A stretch of DNA of 64,000 nucleotides from an uncultured Gemmatimonadales bacterium (GTDB lineage Bacteria; Gemmatimonadota; Gemmatimonadetes; Gemmatimonadales; Gemmatimonadaceae). Shown in pieces: positions 52,418 to 62,078 of this stretch. Made by a program: the position numbers and the translations under genes. The stretch spans positions 1,120,001-1,184,000 of the forward strand of contig CAWBZV010000005.1 in assembly GCA_963793305.1 (NCBI GenBank), in the 5' to 3' direction. Under the pieces are notes generated by a model. The model did no database searches, was not told where the DNA came from, and saw only the letters and a list, made by a program, of their open reading frames with translations. How positions within the stretch are numbered: the first letter of the stretch is position 1; each line of letters opens with the position of its first letter.

Positions 52418-52457
52418 GTTACGAGCCTGCACGTTATCTTGCACCCGTGAGGCGTTC

Positions 52458-53327
52458 GTGGAGCTAACGCGAGCTAAGGCTGCGGCTTACCTGGCCGCGG
52501 GTCCAGCCCCTGCCTCGGAGTTATTGGCCCATGCGTGCGGCATTCCTGGCCTCCCGAGCGTCGTCGCCGACCACATGGCCGCCGTCTTGTTTGCCGGCCA
52601 CCCCGAGTTTGCTCGGGATCTCGTCAGCGGCCTTTGGAAGCACGTCTCGGTTCGCTCCGACCTGTCCCTCGACGGCGCGTCTCCACTCCGCGGCCTCTCG
52701 TACGCAGTCGTCGATGTCGAGGCCACAGGTGGCCGCCCCGAGCGCGGCCGCTATGGCCCCGATCGCGTGATCGAAGTCGCGATCGTCACCGTGCGCGATG
52801 GTGCTGTTGATGACGTGTACGAGACCCTGATCAACCCCCAACGCCCGATCCCGCGATTCGTGTCGCGCCTCACGGGAATCTGGGCCGAGACGTTGAGCCA
52901 AGCCCCACGGTTCGCCGACGTCGCCCAAGAGGTCGCGCGCCGGTTGGATGGTCACGTGTTCGTCGCCCACAACGTGAAATTCGATTGGCGCTTTCTCTCG
53001 GCCGAGCTGGCGCGAGCCGGCGCCGGCCGACTCCGCGCGCCGCGCCTGTGCACGGTGCGCCTCGCCCGCCGATTGCTTCCGCACCTGCGCCGCCGCTCGC
53101 TCGACCACGTCGCCCACCACTACGACGTCGAAATTACCGCTCGGCACCGCGCCGGCGGCGACGCCGTCGCGACCGCGCGCTGCTTGATTCGCATGCTGCG
53201 CGATGCCGATCGTCAAGGCATCACCACGTGGAGCGATGTGCAATCCCTGTTGGCGCTCCCCGCTCCCGCTCGCCCAAAGCGCCATTCGGCGCTCCCCACT
53301 CAGGTTCAGCACGAGGAAAGCGCGTGA
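52458..53327 (+). CDS. DEDDh 3'-5' exonuclease (DnaQ/PolC-like)
   Basis: VVDVEATG, AHNVKFD, HRAGGDA; GTG after GAGG. Confidence 0.9.
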   Translation: MELTRAKAAAYLAAGPAPASELLAHACGIPGLPSVVADHMAAVLFAGHPEFARDLVSGLWKHVSVRSDLSLDGASPLRGLSYAVVDVEATGGRPERGRYGPDRVIEVAIVTVRDGAVDDVYETLINPQRPIPRFVSRLTGIWAETLSQAPRFADVAQEVARRLDGHVFVAHNVKFDWRFLSAELARAGAGRLRAPRLCTVRLARRLLPHLRRRSLDHVAHHYDVEITARHRAGGDAVATARCLIRMLRDADRQGITTWSDVQSLLALPAPARPKRHSALPTQVQHEESA

Positions 53328-54208
53328 CCGTTCCGCAGATCGAAACGCGACAGCTCGGCGCATGGCGCATACACTCAGTCCGCTCCGGCAACATGCGCCT
53401 CGACGGCGGCGCGATGTTCGGAATCATTCCCAAGCCACTCTGGGAGAAGAAGCTCCCGGCTGACGAGCGCAATCGCATCCCGATGTGCATGCGCAGCCTC
53501 GTGATCGAGCACGAGATCGGTCCCATCGTGATCGAGACCGGTGTCGGCAACAAGGAGAGCGAGAAGTTCTACGACATCTACGGCATCGACTCGCGAACAC
53601 CGGATGGCCGCACTCAACTCGAAGCCGGTCTGTCGACTCTCGGCGTCCCGCCGGAAAAAGTCGCGCTCGTCATCAACACGCACTTGCATTTCGACCACGC
53701 GGGCGGCAACACCTATCGCGACAAAGGCGGCGAGATCCGCTTGTCGTTCCCCAACGCGCGGTACGTCGTTCAGGCGGGCGAATACCATTACGCCACACAC
53801 ACGAACGAGCGCACGGCGGGGAGCTACTTTGACGACAACTTCGTTCCGGTCGAGGCCGCGGGCCGGTTCGACTACGTTCGCGGCGAGCGGGAGATCGTGC
53901 CAGGCGTGACCGTGATCCCGGTCCCGGGCCACACACCCCACCTCCAGGGAGTCCTGGTCGAGAGCCGCGGCGAGAAGGCGTTTTTCATCACGGACTTGGT
54001 GCCGACGACCACCCACCTCCCGCTGCCCTGGATCATGGGTTACGACGTCGAGCCGCTCGTGACGCTGGAGACAAAGCGACGGATCCTGCCTCGTGCGGCC
54101 GAGGAGGGCTGGCTGGTCGTGTTCCCCCACGATGCGCGTACGGCCTGGAGCCGGATCCGCCGCGAGGCAAACACGTATACGCTTGACTCTCCCGACAAAA
54201 CGGCATAA
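53324..54208 (+). CDS. MBL-fold metallohydrolase (YtnP-like)
   Basis: LDGGAMFG, THLHFDHAGG, GHT, WIMGYD, PHD. Confidence 0.9.
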   Translation: MTVPQIETRQLGAWRIHSVRSGNMRLDGGAMFGIIPKPLWEKKLPADERNRIPMCMRSLVIEHEIGPIVIETGVGNKESEKFYDIYGIDSRTPDGRTQLEAGLSTLGVPPEKVALVINTHLHFDHAGGNTYRDKGGEIRLSFPNARYVVQAGEYHYATHTNERTAGSYFDDNFVPVEAAGRFDYVRGEREIVPGVTVIPVPGHTPHLQGVLVESRGEKAFFITDLVPTTTHLPLPWIMGYDVEPLVTLETKRRILPRAAEEGWLVVFPHDARTAWSRIRREANTYTLDSPDKTA

Positions 54209-54211
54209 CTT
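54183..54211 (+). promoter_or_regulatory. sigma70 promoter TTGACT-17-TAACTT for infC-rpmI-rplT
   Basis: -35 at 54183-54188, -10 at 54206-54211 (includes the upstream TAA stop). Confidence 0.7.
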
Positions 54212-54229
54212 CTGCTGCAACAACACGCT

Positions 54230-54363
54230 AAGTAGTCCCGCGCGGTGCGGGGCTCACCCTCCGGCCCTTTTGGTGCTGTAGGAGTTCAGTCTAGGCGACG
54301 GCCCACGCTGTGGCGTGAGCCGCCTATCTACGCGAACTCCACGTGGGTTCGCGTTTGTTTTTT
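54230..54363 (+). ncRNA. Structured 5' leader of the infC operon, L20-leader-like attenuator
   Basis: AAGTAG-hairpin-CTCACC, hairpin 54292-54326, terminator-like stem with U-tract. Confidence 0.55.
54330..54363 (+). terminator. Intrinsic terminator-like hairpin within the infC leader
   Basis: ACGCGAACTC-CACGT-GGGTTCGCGT followed by TTGTTTTTT. Confidence 0.7.
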
Positions 54364-54390
54364 GCTTTCTAAATTCGAGGGAACGGAGTT

Positions 54391-54906
54391 ATTCAGGACA
54401 ATTCGAAGCGGGTTCGCGTCAACCGGCAAATTCGCATCAGTCCGATCCGCGTGATTGGAGCGGACGGCAGCCAGTTGGGAATCATGGATGTGGATGCCGC
54501 GCTCTCAGCGGCACAGGAGCAGGGACTTGATCTGGTCGAGGTCGCACCCACCGCGCGGCCACCCGTCGCCCGCATCATGGACTACGGGAAGTTCAAGTTC
54601 GAGCAGGCGAAGATGGCTCGGCAGGCCAAAAAGAAGCAGCACATCATTCACCTCAAAGAGGTGAAGTACCGGCCGGGCATCGAGGACCACGATTTCGAGA
54701 CGAAGACGCGGCACGCTCGCGAGTTTTTGCAGGACGGCAACAAAGTGAAAGTCACGATGATGTTCCGGGGCCGACAGATCGCGCATCCGGAGTTGGGGAG
54801 GGAAGTCGTCGACCGGGTGGCGGCAGCGCTCAACGACATTGCCAAAGTCGAGAGCGACGCCAAGCTCGAAGGAAAGTCGATGATCATGATCTTGACGCCG
54901 AAATAG
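54391..54906 (+). CDS. infC: Translation initiation factor IF-3, probable ATT start
   Basis: In-frame extension [20 protein letters not shown] upstream of the ORF-track start; GAGGG SD before [25 protein letters not shown]. Confidence 0.93.
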   Translation: MQDNSKRVRVNRQIRISPIRVIGADGSQLGIMDVDAALSAAQEQGLDLVEVAPTARPPVARIMDYGKFKFEQAKMARQAKKKQHIIHLKEVKYRPGIEDHDFETKTRHAREFLQDGNKVKVTMMFRGRQIAHPELGREVVDRVAAALNDIAKVESDAKLEGKSMIMILTPK

Positions 54907-54914
54907 GACTGACG

Positions 54915-55112
54915 ATGCCAAAGATGAAAACGCACAAGGGCGCGAAGAAGCGCTTCTCCGTCACAGCCACGGGGAAGGTGCGCCGCCTGAAGGCGTATAA
55001 GAGCCACATTCTGACCAAGAAGTCCGCGAAGAGAAAGCGCAATCTGCGCCGGCCGACGATCGTCACGCCGAACGGCGACGCGTTGCGTATTAAGCGTCTC
55101 ATTCAGGCGTAA
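54915..55112 (+). CDS. rpmI: 50S ribosomal protein L35
   Basis: [31 protein letters not shown]. Confidence 0.96.
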   Translation: MPKMKTHKGAKKRFSVTATGKVRRLKAYKSHILTKKSAKRKRNLRRPTIVTPNGDALRIKRLIQA

Positions 55113-55121
55113 GGAGCTCAC

Positions 55122-55484
55122 ATGCCTCGCGTCAAATCGAACGTCGTACGACTCAAGCGCAAAAAGCAGATCATGAAGGCGGCCCGCGGTGCATTCGGCG
55201 GGCGCTCCAAGCTCTGGAAAGCCGCGAAGGAGACCGTCGAGCGCGGCTGGCGCTATGCGTATCGCGATCGCAAGAACAAAAAGCGCGATTTTCGTCGTCT
55301 ATGGATCACCCGCATCAACGCCGCGGCCCATCAGAACGACATGAGCTATTCGGTGTTCATGAACGGCCTCAAAAAGGCCGGCATTGAAGTCGACCGGAAG
55401 ATCCTCGCCGATCTCGCGGTCCGCGACCCGCAAGCGTTTACCGCGCTCGCCGAGCGCGCCCGCAACGCCCTGACCGCCGCGTAA
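55122..55484 (+). CDS. rplT: 50S ribosomal protein L20
   Basis: [35 protein letters not shown]. Confidence 0.97.
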   Translation: MPRVKSNVVRLKRKKQIMKAARGAFGGRSKLWKAAKETVERGWRYAYRDRKNKKRDFRRLWITRINAAAHQNDMSYSVFMNGLKKAGIEVDRKILADLAVRDPQAFTALAERARNALTAA

Positions 55485-55502
55485 ACTCGGGCGGTCTCTC
55501 GC

Positions 55503-55540
55503 AAAGAGGGCGGCGGCGCGATGGCGCTGCCGCCCCTTTT
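55503..55540 (+). terminator. Intrinsic terminator-like hairpin between rplT and pheS
   Basis: GGGCGGCGGCGC-GATG-GCGCTGCCGCCC then CTTTT. Confidence 0.7.
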
Positions 55541-55544
55541 ACTT

Positions 55545-56567
55545 ATGCCTATGCTCAACGAGCTCCAAGACCTAGAGGCTCGCGCCCTCCGCGCACTCGC
55601 CGATGCCACGTCGCTCGGGGACGTCGAAGACGTGCGCGTGAAATATCTCGGCCGCAGCAGTGGCGAACTGAACGCGTTCATGGCCCGCCTGCCTAGCCTG
55701 CCCGCCGAAGAACGTCGCCCGGTCGGCAGGATGCTGAACGATGTCAAAGCGCACATCACCGAGGCGATAGCCGAGCGCCTTGCCGAGCTCGAAGCGAGTG
55801 CGGTGAGCGAAGCGCCCGCGCTCGATCTCAGCATGCCGGGTCGCGAGACGTGGCGCGGCGGCCGCCACCCGGTCACGCTCGTCATCGACGAGATCGAGCA
55901 GATCTTCCGCCAGTTGGGCTTCACCATCGCTCTGGGCCCTGAGGCCGAGACGGAGTGGTACAACTTCGGCGCACTCAACTTCCCGCCGAACCACCCGGCG
56001 ATGGACGCCCACGACACGATCTACTTGTCGGATGATGTGCTGCTCCGAACCCACACGTCGCCCGTGCAAATCCGCACGCTCCAACGCTGGGCGCCACCCA
56101 TTCGGGTGCTGGTGCCGGGCACGGTGTACAGGCGCGATCCATTCGATGCCTCGCACGCGCCGGGGTTCGCCCAGGTCGAAGGCCTCTCCATCGACGAAGG
56201 CGTGAGCTTCGTCGACCTCAAAGCCACATTGACGCACTTCGCCCGCGAATTCTTCGGCACCGCCATCACGCGCTTCCGCCCGAGCTTCTTCCCATTCACC
56301 GAGCCCTCGGCCGAAATGGACGTGCAATGCCAGATCTGCAAGGGCGCCGGCTGCGCGGCCTGCAAGGGCACGGGCTGGATGGAGATCCTCGGCTCGGGCA
56401 TGGTCCATCCCGCGGTGCTCGAAGCCACGGGTGTCGACAGCGAGCGCTACTCGGGCTGGGCCTTCGGCATGGGCCCGGGTCGCGTCGCGCAGCTGCGCTA
56501 CGGCATTCCCGATATCCGCGCCCTCTACGACACCGACGTGCGCGTCCTCGGCTCCCTCTCCACATGA
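55545..56567 (+). CDS. pheS: Phenylalanine-tRNA ligase alpha subunit
   Basis: LLRTHTSPVQ, FRPSFFPFTEPSAE, GWAFGMG; start at 55545 or 55551. Confidence 0.96.
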   Translation: MPMLNELQDLEARALRALADATSLGDVEDVRVKYLGRSSGELNAFMARLPSLPAEERRPVGRMLNDVKAHITEAIAERLAELEASAVSEAPALDLSMPGRETWRGGRHPVTLVIDEIEQIFRQLGFTIALGPEAETEWYNFGALNFPPNHPAMDAHDTIYLSDDVLLRTHTSPVQIRTLQRWAPPIRVLVPGTVYRRDPFDASHAPGFAQVEGLSIDEGVSFVDLKATLTHFAREFFGTAITRFRPSFFPFTEPSAEMDVQCQICKGAGCAACKGTGWMEILGSGMVHPAVLEATGVDSERYSGWAFGMGPGRVAQLRYGIPDIRALYDTDVRVLGSLST

Positions 56568-58996
56568 ACGCGTCAACGTCCTGGCTCTCGCAGTTCGTCG
56601 ACACGGGCCTCACGCCCGCGCAACTCGCGGATCTGATCACGCGCCACGTGGCGACCGTCGATGCCGTCGAGCCGCTGCGCGCCGATCTCTCATCGATCAT
56701 CGTCGGCCGGGTGCTCACGGCCGACCGCCATCCGGACAGCGACCATCTCTGGGTCACCACCGTCGATGCCGGTGGTCCCGAGCCACTCGAAGTCATCTGC
56801 GGCGCGCCGAACGTCACGGCCGGCACGAAGTACCCGTTCGCTCCGGTCGGCGCCACATTGCCGGGCGGGCTCAAGATCGAGAAGCGCAAGATCCGCGGGC
56901 GCGTCTCGAACGGCATGCTCTGCTCCTCGCGCGAGCTCGGCCTCGGCGCGGATCATGAGGGCATCTTGCCGCTCTCAACGGACGCACCACCCGGTACACC
57001 GTTCTTGCGGGTTTTGCCGGACGCCGACACGCGCCTCGTCGTCGATGTCCTCGCCAACCGCCCGGACTTGCTCTCTCATCGCGGACTAGCCCGAGAGATC
57101 GCTGCGGCGACGGGTAAGTCATTGAGATCCCCGGCCGTCATAGACATTCAGGCCCCGGCGCCAATCCCGACGTTCGCCTCAGGCGAGACCGCTGGCGTTC
57201 GCGTGGTTGTCGAACATGCGACGGACTCGCCAGCCTACATGGGTGTCGTAATCCGAGGTGTCAAAGTCGGCCCTAGCCCGCAATGGCTCATCGACCGCCT
57301 CACGGCCGTCGGCGTCCGCTCGATCAACAATCTGGTCGATGCAACGAACTACATGCTGCACGGCTTCGGCCAGCCGATGCACGCGTTCGACCTCGATGCC
57401 CTCCGCGGAGGGGTCGTCCAAGTTCGTCGCGCCAAGGCCGGCGAATCGCTGGTCACACTCGATGGAGTCTCGCGGACGCTCGATCCGGAGATGGTGGTCA
57501 TTGCCGACGCCGAACGCGCCCAAGGTCTCGCCGGCATCATGGGCGGCCGCACCAGCGAGGTCAGCGACAAGACCGTCAACGTCTTCTTGGAGATCGCGAC
57601 GTTCGATCCGCGCCGCACCCGTCGCACGTCGCGCGCGCTCGGCCTCTCGACCGACGCGAGCTACCGCTACGAACGCGGCGTGCCGCAGGAGCTGCCGGCC
57701 GATGTCTATCGCGCGACGCTCCAACTGATCATCGAGTTGTGCGGCGGTACAATCGCGGGCGCCCCAGCCGTGGTGACGGCGCCAGAAAGAGAGCGCCACA
57801 AGCTGACGCTCCGCGCCGCGCGTGTGCGCACCATACTCGGCGTCGACATCTCGTCGGCCGAGTCGGCTCGCCTGCTCAATGCGGTCGGCTTCGAGGCCGT
57901 GCCGATCGAAGGCGACCTGGCGGTCACCGCGCCGTGGTTCCGCACGGACATCGCCCGCGAGATCGATCTCATCGAAGAAATCGCGCGCCTGCGCGGCTAC
58001 GAGACGTTCCCGAGCGACCTTCGGCCCTATCGCCCGAGCGCCGTCCCGGATCCGGCGCTGCTCGACACGACGCGCCGCCTCACCGACGCCCTCGTCGGCC
58101 TCGGCTTCTTGGAAGCGCGGCCACTCTCGTTCGTCGCCGACGCCGGTCCCGATGGCGTGCGTCTCCGCAACCCGCTCGGCGATAGCGAACCCTATTTGCG
58201 CTCGGATCTCCTCGGCCCGCTGTCTCGGCGAGCCGAGTACAATCTCGATCGGAAGCAGGGTGACCTGCGTCTGTTCGAGATCGGGACGATTTTTCTGCGC
58301 GACGAGGGCACCCGGCCCATCGAGCAAGTCCACGTCGCCGCGCTCATGATGGGCGCTCGCCGCCCGCCGCACTTCACCGAGCCTGATCCACCAGTCTTCG
58401 ACGAGTGGGACGCCAAGGACATTGCCGAACGCCTCGCGTCGCTCGCCTTCCCGGGTGCGCCGATCAGCATGCGCCCCGGCTCCCCGGACGTCGCGATCTG
58501 GAAGGTCCACGCCGGCGGGTTTGCCATCGGCATCGTGACTCGCGTTCCACTCGACGCTCCAGCCTGGGCGCGCCCGGCCTATGGAATCGAATTGTGGCTC
58601 GAGACGACGCCGACTGATCCGGTGGCGAAGCCGGGCGCCAATGCCTATGCGACGGTGGCTGAGTCGGCGAAGGGGCGAGTTGTCCCGCGATATGTCGCGC
58701 CACCAACGTTCCCCGCGGTCGAGCGGGACGTGAGCCTCCTCGTACCGGACAGCCTGGAGGGCGGGGCGGGAGAGGTCGAGCGCGTGCTCAAAGCCGAGGG
58801 TGGCCTACTCGAAGAAATTCGCTTAGTCAGCGAGTACCGAGGCCCAGGAGTGGACGCTGGAGATCGCAGCGTTACATGGCGGTTGACGTTCCGTCACCCA
58901 ACGCGCACTCTTACCGAGAAAGAGGTTGATGAGCGACAACGTAAGCTGTTGCGAACGTTAGAGACGGAGCTCGGTGTCCGACAACGAGCGATCTGA
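56564..58996 (+). CDS. pheT: Phenylalanine-tRNA ligase beta subunit
   Basis: CGAPNV, SNGMLCS, NRPDLLS, GQPMHAFD, DLIEEIAR, FDX-ACB tail. Confidence 0.96.
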   Translation: MNASTSWLSQFVDTGLTPAQLADLITRHVATVDAVEPLRADLSSIIVGRVLTADRHPDSDHLWVTTVDAGGPEPLEVICGAPNVTAGTKYPFAPVGATLPGGLKIEKRKIRGRVSNGMLCSSRELGLGADHEGILPLSTDAPPGTPFLRVLPDADTRLVVDVLANRPDLLSHRGLAREIAAATGKSLRSPAVIDIQAPAPIPTFASGETAGVRVVVEHATDSPAYMGVVIRGVKVGPSPQWLIDRLTAVGVRSINNLVDATNYMLHGFGQPMHAFDLDALRGGVVQVRRAKAGESLVTLDGVSRTLDPEMVVIADAERAQGLAGIMGGRTSEVSDKTVNVFLEIATFDPRRTRRTSRALGLSTDASYRYERGVPQELPADVYRATLQLIIELCGGTIAGAPAVVTAPERERHKLTLRAARVRTILGVDISSAESARLLNAVGFEAVPIEGDLAVTAPWFRTDIAREIDLIEEIARLRGYETFPSDLRPYRPSAVPDPALLDTTRRLTDALVGLGFLEARPLSFVADAGPDGVRLRNPLGDSEPYLRSDLLGPLSRRAEYNLDRKQGDLRLFEIGTIFLRDEGTRPIEQVHVAALMMGARRPPHFTEPDPPVFDEWDAKDIAERLASLAFPGAPISMRPGSPDVAIWKVHAGGFAIGIVTRVPLDAPAWARPAYGIELWLETTPTDPVAKPGANAYATVAESAKGRVVPRYVAPPTFPAVERDVSLLVPDSLEGGAGEVERVLKAEGGLLEEIRLVSEYRGPGVDAGDRSVTWRLTFRHPTRTLTEKEVDERQRKLLRTLETELGVRQRAI

Positions 58997-59267
58997 GATC
59001 CTGGCTTTCCGCGAGCTGACCCTGCTCGTGCGCCACTTGGGCGACGAGCTGGCGAGCTTCCGCAAGCGCGCACTCACGGCTGAGTCGCGCGTGAAAGCGA
59101 TAGAGGTCGCCGGCTCGACGAACACTGAGGGGTTGGCCGAGCGGGTGGCGCAGCTGGAGGCCGAGAACACGGATCTCCGCACCCGATTGGAGGCCGCCCG
59201 CGGGAGGGCGAGACATATGTTGGAGCGGGTGCGATTCCTCCGTCAGCAACAGGAGGGTGGCCGATGA
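58974..59267 (+). CDS. Coiled-coil protein (ZapB-like)
   Basis: Heptad-rich 97-aa ORF between pheT and zapA. Confidence 0.6.
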   Translation: MSDNERSEILAFRELTLLVRHLGDELASFRKRALTAESRVKAIEVAGSTNTEGLAERVAQLEAENTDLRTRLEAARGRARHMLERVRFLRQQQEGGR

Positions 59268-59548
59268 CAAAAACCGTCGTTCGCGTAACGATCGTCGGTG
59301 ATGAATATTCGATCAAGACCGAGGCAGCCCCGGAACACACGCGTCGCGTTGCCGAGTACGTTGATAATGCGATCCGGACGGTGATGCACGGTTCGATGGT
59401 CGAGCCGCAAAAGGCCGCGATCCTCGCGGCGCTCCAGATTACGAACGAGCTGTTCGAAGCCAACCGAGCGGCGCAAACGCTCGCGGCTGAAATCGAGTCG
59501 TTGGGGGCCGAGGTCCGTCACTGGCTACCACCGGCAAAGCGCGCCTGA
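59264..59548 (+). CDS. zapA: Cell division protein ZapA
   Basis: V.I.G.EY.I, VA.YVD, AILAAL.I..EL. Confidence 0.88.
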   Translation: MTKTVVRVTIVGDEYSIKTEAAPEHTRRVAEYVDNAIRTVMHGSMVEPQKAAILAALQITNELFEANRAAQTLAAEIESLGAEVRHWLPPAKRA

Positions 59549-59601
59549 ACAACGTTTAAACGCCGCGGCGGTAGACGAGCCGCGCTGGAGTATAGATTCG
59601 T

Positions 59602-61191
59602 ATGGAAACAGGAGTCATCGTCCTGGCCGCGTTTGCGGCCGTGCTCGTTGCAGGTTGCATTATCACGTTCATGGCCGGGCGCCGTCAGGGACAGGCGGCC
59701 GAGGCTGAGCGTTTGGCCGCCGCCAAGGCGGGCGCCGAGGATGTGCGGCGGCGCGCGATCGAAGAGGCCGAGCGCGAGGCCGAGAACCTGCGCAAGAGCG
59801 CGCTCGTCAGCGGCAAAGAAGAGCTGATCAAGCAGCGCGAGGCGTGGGAGGTCGAGGCCCGTCGCCGCCGCGATGAGATCGAACGCGACGAGAAGCGGGT
59901 GCAGGAGCGCGAGACGGTCCTCGATCGCAAGTTCGACGTGCTCGACCAGCGCGACCGAGAGATCGGCACCAAATCCACAGATATTGGCCGCCGCTCGAAG
60001 GTTCTTGAGGATCGTGAAGCCGAGCTCGACCGTCTAGTCGCCGATGAGCGGCGTCGCCTGGAGCAGCTGGCTGGCATGTCGGCCCAAGATGCCAAAGCGC
60101 TCCTGATGCAGCGGATGGAGGAGGAAGCGCAGGCCGCCGCGGCTAATCGGTTACGCGAGATCCGCGAGTCGTCGAAGCGAACAGCGGATCGCGAGGCCAA
60201 GAAAATAGTCGCGCTCGCTGTCCAACGAATCGCAGCCGAACATACGGCTGAGTCGACAGCGTCTGCCGTCGCTCTCCCGAACGATGAGATGAAGGGGCGC
60301 ATTATCGGTCGCGAGGGCCGAAATATTCGCGCCTTCGAACTGGCAACGGGTGTCGACGTGATCATCGACGACACTCCGGACACCGTCGTAGTCTCGTGCT
60401 TCGACCCGGTTCGCCGAGAAGTCGCGCGCCTGGCGCTCGAGAAGCTGGTCGCCGACGGCCGCATACACCCGGGCCGGATCGAAGAGGTCGTCAACAAGGC
60501 GCGCACTGAAGTCGACGCCGCGATCCTCGAAACGGGCGAACAGGCCGCGTACGAGACAGGCGTCCGCGGCCTCCACCCGGAACTGATCAAGCTGATCGGG
60601 CGTATGCGTTGGCGGACGAGCTACGGCCAGAACATCCTCCAGCACTCCAAGGAGGTCGCCTGGCTCGCCGGCATCATGGCTGCCGAGCTCGGACTGGATG
60701 TCGCCCTCGCCAAGCGCGGCGCCCTCCTGCACGATGTCGGCAAGGTACTGACACACGAACACGAGGGCACGCACGTGCAACTCGGCGTCGAGGTCGCCAC
60801 CAAGTACGGCGAAAGCCCGTTGGTGGTGAACTGCATCGCCGCGCATCACGACGACGTGCCCCACGAGACCGAAGTCTCCGTGCTCGTGCAGGCGGCCGAT
60901 GCGATCTCGGGTTCCCGTCCAGGCGCCCGCCGCGAAGCGTTCGAGACGTATGTCAAACGCCTGGAGGGCATCGAACGCATCGCCTCATCGTACCGCGGCG
61001 TCGACAAGGTCTTCGCGATCCAGGCAGGTCGTGAGGTGCGCGTCGTCGTCACGCCGGAAGACGTCGACGACGCTCGCATGACGACGCTCTCCGAGGAGAT
61101 CGCCCGTCGGATCGAGGCCGAGCTGCAGTATCCGGGTCAAATCAAAGTCGTGGTGATCCGTGAGACGAGGGCAGTCGACTTTGCCCGCTGA
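59602..61191 (+). CDS. rny: Ribonuclease Y
   Basis: N-terminal TM, coiled coil, KH MKGRIIGREGRNIR, HD motif LLHDVGK. Confidence 0.96.
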   Translation: METGVIVLAAFAAVLVAGCIITFMAGRRQGQAAEAERLAAAKAGAEDVRRRAIEEAEREAENLRKSALVSGKEELIKQREAWEVEARRRRDEIERDEKRVQERETVLDRKFDVLDQRDREIGTKSTDIGRRSKVLEDREAELDRLVADERRRLEQLAGMSAQDAKALLMQRMEEEAQAAAANRLREIRESSKRTADREAKKIVALAVQRIAAEHTAESTASAVALPNDEMKGRIIGREGRNIRAFELATGVDVIIDDTPDTVVVSCFDPVRREVARLALEKLVADGRIHPGRIEEVVNKARTEVDAAILETGEQAAYETGVRGLHPELIKLIGRMRWRTSYGQNILQHSKEVAWLAGIMAAELGLDVALAKRGALLHDVGKVLTHEHEGTHVQLGVEVATKYGESPLVVNCIAAHHDDVPHETEVSVLVQAADAISGSRPGARREAFETYVKRLEGIERIASSYRGVDKVFAIQAGREVRVVVTPEDVDDARMTTLSEEIARRIEAELQYPGQIKVVVIRETRAVDFAR

Positions 61192-62069
61192 GTTGATCGA
61201 TGGCGTCGCCATCGCGCGCGATGTTCGCGAAGATGTCGCGCGTGAGGCGGCGGCGTTGGTTGCCCAGGGCATAACCCCGGGTCTCGCTGTCGTATTGGTG
61301 GGCGACGACCCGGCGAGCGCCGTCTACGTGCGCGCCAAGGGGAAGGCGACCGAAGAAGCCGGCATGCACGGCGAAACCATTCGTCTCCCGGCGGAGACGA
61401 CGCAGGACGAGCTACTGGCGCTGGTCGACCGTCTGAACGCCGACGAGTCGATCCACGGCATCCTGATCCAGTCGCCGCTCCCGAAACACATCAAGTATCA
61501 GTCGATTATTGAGCGGCTCAGACCTGAGAAAGACGTCGACGGCTTTCATCCGATCAACGCCGGCAAGCTGCTCATTGGTGATCGCACGGGATTCGCGCCG
61601 TGCACACCGGCGGGCGTGATGGAGAATGCTGCGCCGCAAGAAGGTCGAGGTACAGGGGGCAGAATGCGTCATCGTCGGCCGCAGCACGATCGTCGGCCGC
61701 CCGATGGCGGCACTCATGATCCAAGATGACGCGACCGTCACGGTCTGCCACAGCAAGACGCGCGACCTCGCCTCGCACACCCGCCGCGCGGACATTCTCA
61801 TCGCCGCGATTGGCCGCCCGCGGTATATCACGGGTGATATGGTCCGCCCCGGTGCTGTCGTAATCAACGTCGGCATCAATCGGGTAAGCGACAGTCGGGC
61901 AAAACAGGGCTATATCCTGGTCGGCAATGTCGATTTTCCGAGCACTAGTGAGGTCGCGTCATTGATTACCCCTGTCCCTGGCGGGGTCGGGCCAATGACG
62001 ATCGCGATGTTGCTTAAAAACACTGTGCGCTCTGCAGCGATGACGGGCCAGCCGAGTCACCAGCACTAA
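61181..62069 (+). CDS. folD: Methylenetetrahydrofolate dehydrogenase/cyclohydrolase, +1 frameshift at 61625 (about 295 aa if repaired)
   Basis: [21 protein letters not shown] then [19 protein letters not shown] in the next frame. Confidence 0.93.
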
Positions 62070-62078
62070 ATTTCGGCC

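Noticed and set aside
59549..59601. 6S RNA, often found after zapA
   Set aside because: The gap is only 53 nt, too short for 6S RNA.
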